Assembly (NCBI GenBank): GCA_020351875.1
Contig: CP070671.1
Location: 1,995,722 to 2,059,721, forward strand
DNA length: 64,000 nucleotides
Direction: 5' to 3'
Source: Chromatiales bacterium
Lineage (GTDB): Bacteria; Pseudomonadota; Gammaproteobacteria; Steroidobacterales; GCA-2729495
Made by a program: the position numbers and the translations under genes. This document shows, in pieces, positions 59,591 through 64,000 of this stretch. Position 1 is the first letter of the stretch; each line of letters opens with the position of its first letter. The notes under the pieces are model-generated. The model was given only the letters and a program-made list of their open reading frames with translations, was not told the origin of the DNA and did not search any database.

Positions 59591-60046
59591 CTAGTCCGGA
59601 TCGAACTCGATCACCTCCCACTTGGCAGTGTCTTCATTGCGCGCGAGACGGCGGATCGCGTCCGTGATCACGCGGTCGTTCCACTCCACCAGGTCGTCAC
59701 AACGGTCGAGGACCTCTTTCGGAATCGCGACCGTGCCACCGAAGGAGCGGACCGCAAGGATCGGCATCTTTTTCGCCTGGGCCGCATCCATCTGGTACCG
59801 CACCAGGTCGGGATTGCGTTCGAAGGTGACCACCGGCAATACCAGGATTTCAGCGGCCTGGATCTGTTCCAGCAGGGCCGCTTTCATGGGGTCCTGCCCT
59901 CCCTCGGTGGGGATGTCGTCGGGTCTGGCCGTATTGATGTAGAAAAACCGGCCCCGGCTCTCCATGTATTCGAAGACGCGCAGGTAGTCGATATCAGCCT
60001 CGAACAGGTGCGATACGAAGACGCGAATCGGATCCTTTTCAGACAT
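59591..60046 (-). CDS. TIR-like (DUF1863/MTH538-type) domain protein
   Basis: 151 aa. IRVFVSHLFEADIDY N-terminus, IQAAEILVLPVV and AKKMPILAV blocks fit the flavodoxin-like TIR-like pattern. Assignment by eye only. Confidence 0.5.
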   Translation of the reverse strand: MSEKDPIRVFVSHLFEADIDYLRVFEYMESRGRFFYINTARPDDIPTEGGQDPMKAALLEQIQAAEILVLPVVTFERNPDLVRYQMDAAQAKKMPILAVRSFGGTVAIPKEVLDRCDDLVEWNDRVITDAIRRLARNEDTAKWEVIEFDPD

Positions 60047-60149
60047 GGGCGATACCCCCGAGTTGGCCCAGCATCCTGAAGTTTAGCCCACGTCCGCGCC
60101 GCAGGCACCTGCTTTCCCGGCCGAGCGTTCGCGCATTACACTGCGCAGC

Positions 60150-60893
60150 ATGCGCCTGCTCGTGTACAACATCTGTTACGGCATCGGCCTCAAGGACCCG
60201 GCCACCCGGCGGCTACCGGGCGCCCGCTACCTGTTCGGCCAGTCCGGCGTGCTGGAACAGATCACGGAGTTCATCAAGGACCAGGATCCCGACATCGTCG
60301 GCCTGCTGGAAGTCGACATCGGCTCCATGCGCAGTGGCCGCGTGAACCAGGCCGAGACCATTGCGCAAGCCCTGGGGCATTTCTCGGCCTACGAGTGCAA
60401 GTACGGCGAAGAATCCGTCAACCAGTACCTGCCAATTCTGCGCAAGCAGGGCAACGCCTTCCTTGCCGCACCGCGGGTCACCGGCGAACGCTTCCACTAT
60501 TTCGAGCAGGGCGTGAAACGGCTGATCATCGAACTCGAACTGGAAGACGTCGCGATTTTCCTCGTTCACCTGTCACTGAAATATCGGCACCGTCATTTCC
60601 AGCTGCGGTATCTCTACGAACTGGTCAAGCAGTCCCGCAAACCGGTGATCGTGGCCGGCGACTTCAATACGTTCTGGGGTGAAAACGAGATCTTCCTTTT
60701 CAAAGAAGCGGCGGGCCTGAGCAGTGCCAACCGCGACGGCCTGCCTTCTTACCCGAGCCGCGCGCCGCGCATGGAGCTGGACTTCATTCTCTATGGCAAG
60801 GGCATCGAAGCGGTGCATTTCGAAATCCCGCGGGTAGATTATTCTGATCACCTGCCATTGATCTGTGACCTGGAAATCAAGGGGGGCGCATGA
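60150..60893 (+). CDS. endonuclease/exonuclease/phosphatase (EEP) family protein
   Basis: LLVYNICYG, DIVGLLEVD, VIVAGDFN and the terminal SDHLPLICDL are the EEP catalytic blocks. Confidence 0.8.
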   Translation: MRLLVYNICYGIGLKDPATRRLPGARYLFGQSGVLEQITEFIKDQDPDIVGLLEVDIGSMRSGRVNQAETIAQALGHFSAYECKYGEESVNQYLPILRKQGNAFLAAPRVTGERFHYFEQGVKRLIIELELEDVAIFLVHLSLKYRHRHFQLRYLYELVKQSRKPVIVAGDFNTFWGENEIFLFKEAAGLSSANRDGLPSYPSRAPRMELDFILYGKGIEAVHFEIPRVDYSDHLPLICDLEIKGGA

Positions 60894-62932
60894 GCGACGC
60901 CACATCGACATTCCAGCACTGGCGACTGGAGACCGATGCCGACGGCATCGCGTGGCTGTGCGCTGACCGAGCAGGCTCCAGCACCAACGTGCTGTCCCGC
61001 GCGGTGCTCGAAGAACTGGCGCGCATCCTCGATGGGCTGGAAGCAGCGCCGCCGGCCGGCGTCGTGCTGTATTCGGGCAAGGCGCAGGGCTTTGTTGCGG
61101 GTGCGGATATCGATGAGTTCCCGCAGTTTCAGACGGCGGAGCAGGTCTACCAGCTGACCCGCCAGGGCCATGAACTCTTCCGGCGTATCGAGACGCTGCG
61201 CTGCGCGACCGTGGTGGTCATGAACGGCTTTGCCCTGGGTGGTGGACTCGAACTCGCACTGGCCTGCGACTGGCGGCTGGCCTTCGAAGGCTGGCAACGT
61301 ACGCTTGGCCTGCCGGAAGTCAAGCTGGGGCTGCATCCCGGGCTCGGCGGCACCGTGCGGCTGGTCAACCTCGTGGGCGTGCGCGAAGCGATGCCGATCA
61401 TGCTGGCCGGCAAATCCGTGACTCCGCAACAGGCCAGGCGCATGGGGCTGGTCGATGCCCTGGTGACCGCGGACGACTGGCGCGCCACAGCCGTTCGCTA
61501 TGCGCGCCGGCCGGCCCCGGTGCGCCGGCCGCCGATTCTGGACCGCCTGCTGTCGACGGCGCCACTGCGCCCGTTGCTGGCGCGAACGCTCGCGGCCAAT
61601 GTCGCGCGGCAGGCCCGACGGAACTTCTACCCGGCGCCCTTTGCGATGCTCGACCTGTGGCGCGGGCACGGTGCTCGTGGGCCAGAGGCCTACGATGCGG
61701 AAGCGCGCTCTTTCTCCGAACTCGCTGTCGGCCCGACGTCGAAAAACCTGGTCCGCGTTTACGGCCTGCAGGAACGCCTGAAGCACACCGGTGGCGACAA
61801 GCGGGACGTGGCCACCCACGTGCACGTGGTGGGTGCCGGCGTGATGGGCGGCGACATAGCCGCGTGGTGTGCGCTGCGCGGTCTGAGCGTGACGCTGCAG
61901 GATCGCGAAATGCAGTACATCCAGCCGGCCCTGGACCGGGCGCGCAAGCTGTTCGAGCGGCGTTTGCGCGGCCCCGGCGAGGCCGCCGCCGCGATGAGCC
62001 GGCTGGTGGCTGATGTCACCGGTGAAGGCGCGGGCGACGCAGAAATCATCATCGAGGCGATCTTCGAAGATCAGGACGCAAAACAGGCCCTTTACCGGGA
62101 CCTGGAACCCCGCATGACCGGGCAGGCGATCCTGGCGACGAACACTTCGAGCATCCCGATCGAAGACCTCGCGCCGTGCCTGCGGCACCCGGAGCGCCTG
62201 GTCGGCCTGCACTTTTTCAACCCGGTGGCAAAGCTGCCGCTGATCGAGGTGGTTGCGGGCAACAACACCGGGGCCGCCGCTGCGTCCATCGCCAGCGCGT
62301 TCAGTCGCCAGATCGGCAAGTTACCGCTGCCCTGCCGCAGCCTGCCGGGTTTCCTGGTGAACCGGATTCTTGGGCCGTACATGGCCGAAGCGATGGTGCT
62401 GTTGGGCGAGGGCCTGGCACCAGCGGAGATCGACCAGGCAGCCGTCGACTTCGGGATGCCGATGGGGCCGGTCGAGCTGGCGGATTCCGTGGGCCTGGAT
62501 GTGGCGCTGCACGTGGCCCGGATACTGAGTCCGGTCATCGGCCGCCCCGTCGATACCCAACTGGAGGCCAGGGTCGAGTCCGGCCGGCTGGGCCAGAAGT
62601 CAGGAGAAGGCTTTTACACCTACGAGGACCGGAAGCCGGTTCGCCCGCGGATTCCGCCCGATTCGGTCGAACCGGAGGTCCAGGAGCGGCTGATCCTGGC
62701 CTACATCAACGAAGCGGCGGCCTGCCTCGCCGACGGCGTGGTGACGGATCCCGACCTGGTGGATGCGGGTGCCATTTTCGGCACGGGTTTCGCGCCGTTC
62801 CGGGGCGGCCCGTTGCACTATGCACGGTCCGAGGGCGTGGCCACGGTGGTTGCCCGGCTGGAGCGGCTGGCCGAGCGCCACGGCGACCGCTTCAACCCGT
62901 CACCCGGGTGGGCCCGGGTCGAGGGCAAATAG
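60890..62932 (+). CDS. fatty-acid oxidation multifunctional enzyme (enoyl-CoA hydratase / 3-hydroxyacyl-CoA dehydrogenase, FadB/FadJ-like)
   Basis: N-terminal crotonase fold (GFVAGADIDEF, GFALGGGLELALAC) and a central NAD fold (VHVVGAGVMGGDIA). The start overlaps the EEP stop by 4 nt. Confidence 0.88.
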   Translation: MSDATSTFQHWRLETDADGIAWLCADRAGSSTNVLSRAVLEELARILDGLEAAPPAGVVLYSGKAQGFVAGADIDEFPQFQTAEQVYQLTRQGHELFRRIETLRCATVVVMNGFALGGGLELALACDWRLAFEGWQRTLGLPEVKLGLHPGLGGTVRLVNLVGVREAMPIMLAGKSVTPQQARRMGLVDALVTADDWRATAVRYARRPAPVRRPPILDRLLSTAPLRPLLARTLAANVARQARRNFYPAPFAMLDLWRGHGARGPEAYDAEARSFSELAVGPTSKNLVRVYGLQERLKHTGGDKRDVATHVHVVGAGVMGGDIAAWCALRGLSVTLQDREMQYIQPALDRARKLFERRLRGPGEAAAAMSRLVADVTGEGAGDAEIIIEAIFEDQDAKQALYRDLEPRMTGQAILATNTSSIPIEDLAPCLRHPERLVGLHFFNPVAKLPLIEVVAGNNTGAAAASIASAFSRQIGKLPLPCRSLPGFLVNRILGPYMAEAMVLLGEGLAPAEIDQAAVDFGMPMGPVELADSVGLDVALHVARILSPVIGRPVDTQLEARVESGRLGQKSGEGFYTYEDRKPVRPRIPPDSVEPEVQERLILAYINEAAACLADGVVTDPDLVDAGAIFGTGFAPFRGGPLHYARSEGVATVVARLERLAERHGDRFNPSPGWARVEGK

Positions 62933-62976
62933 CGGAACTGGTCGGTTTCGCGACACAAATGCCAACGGTTAGAATG

Positions 62977-63005
62977 GCGCCTTCAGCGCGGGGCGCTGAG
63001 GGTGC
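62977..63005 (+). terminator. possible terminator hairpin after the fadB-like gene
   Basis: A roughly 13-bp stem centred on CAGCGC-GGG-GCGCTG with two G-U pairs. The downstream T-tract (CTTTAATT) is weak. Confidence 0.35.
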
Positions 63006-63021
63006 GCAACAGCTTTAATTA

Positions 63022-64000
63022 ATGAATTCGCGTAACGTCACAATTGAAGAACTGCGGCGATTCTCGCCTCTGGACGGCCTGAAACGCGAGAACATCGCCG
63101 CCCTGGCCAAGAAGACCACCCTGCGTTCCTTACCCAGTGGCGAAATGCTGTTCCGGATTGGCGACGCCGAGAAACGCACTTTCTACCTGATGGCCGGCGC
63201 GGTCGAACTGACGGATGCGAAGGGCACCACCCAGGTCATCCGGGCCGGCAGCGAAGAAGCCCGCAACCCCATTGGCCCCATGCTGCCGCGGCGTTTCAAC
63301 GTCAAGGCCGTAGACGATGTCGAATACATGTCGGTGGACACGGATCTGCTCGACGTCATGCTGACGTGGGACCAGACCGGTGACTACGAGGTCAGCGAAC
63401 TCACCATGTCGCAGGAACCGAAACCTGACGACTGGATGACGACCCTGCTGCAGACCAAGGCCTTCCACCGGGTGCCGCCGGCGAATCTGCAGGCCATTTT
63501 CATGCGCATGCAACGGATCGACTTCAACGAAGGCGACGTGATCATCAAGCAGGGTGAAGAAGGCGATTTCTTTTATGTGATTACCCGCGGTACCTGTGTG
63601 GTCACGCGGGAAACACCGTTGAACAAAGAGGGTATCAAGCTGGCTGAACTGGGGGTGGGCGACACCTTTGGCGAGGAAGCCCTGATTTCCGAAAACCGCC
63701 GCAATGCGACCGTCACGATGACGTCGCCGGGCACCACCATGCGGCTCGCGAAGGACGACTTCAACCGGCTGCTCAACGAACCCATGATCGACTGGGTCGA
63801 CTGCGAGGCAGCCAAGGAAGTCGTGAGCAACGGCGGCAAATGGCTGGATGTCAGGCTACCCAGCGAATTCGAGGCCTATCACGAGCAAGACGCGCTCAAT
63901 ATTCCGCTCTACTTCATTCGCCTGAAGCTCGGCACGCTCGACACCGGCGTCACTTACGTGCTCTGCTGCGATACCGGGCGCCGCAGTTCCGCGGCTGCAT
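63022..64000 (+). CDS. tandem cyclic-nucleotide-binding domain protein with a C-terminal rhodanese domain, 3' end cut by window edge
   Basis: Not in the ORF track because it has no stop in the window. Hand translation from the ATG at 63022 gives MNSRNVTIEEL... The second cNMP domain has GEEGDFFYVITRG...GDTFGEEALISENRRNATV. The rhodanese part has WLDVRLPSEFEAYH...VLCCDTGRRSS. Confidence 0.8.
   Translation, partial: MNSRNVTIEELRRFSPLDGLKRENIAALAKKTTLRSLPSGEMLFRIGDAEKRTFYLMAGAVELTDAKGTTQVIRAGSEEARNPIGPMLPRRFNVKAVDDVEYMSVDTDLLDVMLTWDQTGDYEVSELTMSQEPKPDDWMTTLLQTKAFHRVPPANLQAIFMRMQRIDFNEGDVIIKQGEEGDFFYVITRGTCVVTRETPLNKEGIKLAELGVGDTFGEEALISENRRNATVTMTSPGTTMRLAKDDFNRLLNEPMIDWVDCEAAKEVVSNGGKWLDVRLPSEFEAYHEQDALNIPLYFIRLKLGTLDTGVTYVLCCDTGRRSSAAA

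Overview
High-GC bacterial chromosomal segment. The gene order (purB-mnmA; uvrC-pgsA-tRNA-Gly/Cys/Leu, as in E. coli uvrC-pgsA-glyW-cysT-leuZ) points to a gammaproteobacterium. Most of the window is densely packed housekeeping genes: thrA-thrC, tatD, acnA, mnmA, purB, fumC, nudL, mazG, a stomatin/NfeD pair, a class II DAHP synthase, a UDG, uvrC, pgsA, a complete System I cytochrome c maturation operon ccmABCDEFGHI, argE, maeA, an alpha-glucan phosphorylase, a P-type ATPase, a ferredoxin-NADP reductase and a FadB-like enzyme. Many long ORFs in the supplied track are antisense shadow ORFs typical of high-GC DNA and were discarded. I saw no rRNA, CRISPR array, transposase, integrase or prophage genes. 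Six things stand out. (1) The tRNA-Leu(UAA) gene (leuZ position) is split by a 227-nt group I intron at the U34/A35 site, closely resembling the cyanobacterial/plastid tRNA-Leu intron. (2) The normally contiguous tRNA-Gly/Cys/Leu array is broken by cargo, including about 7.7 kb between tRNA-Cys and tRNA-Leu. (3) That cargo carries a minus-strand cluster encoding a fused CXXCH-cytochrome/beta-barrel porin (Cyc2-like architecture), a lipoprotein with two duplicated C-X4-CH modules around an Ig-like domain, and two secreted proteins with exosortase/rhombosortase-type C-terminal sorting tags. I read this as a candidate uncharacterised outer-membrane redox system. (4) The class II DAHP synthase is interrupted by a +1 frameshift at a G-run. 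(5) Isolated defence-like genes are present: a domain-HNH nuclease with a P-loop ATPase, a NERD protein, a TIR-like protein next to an EEP nuclease, and an AAA-FHA fusion. (6) ccmD is a real small gene missing from the ORF track. All protein family calls come from motif recognition by eye, not from database searches.
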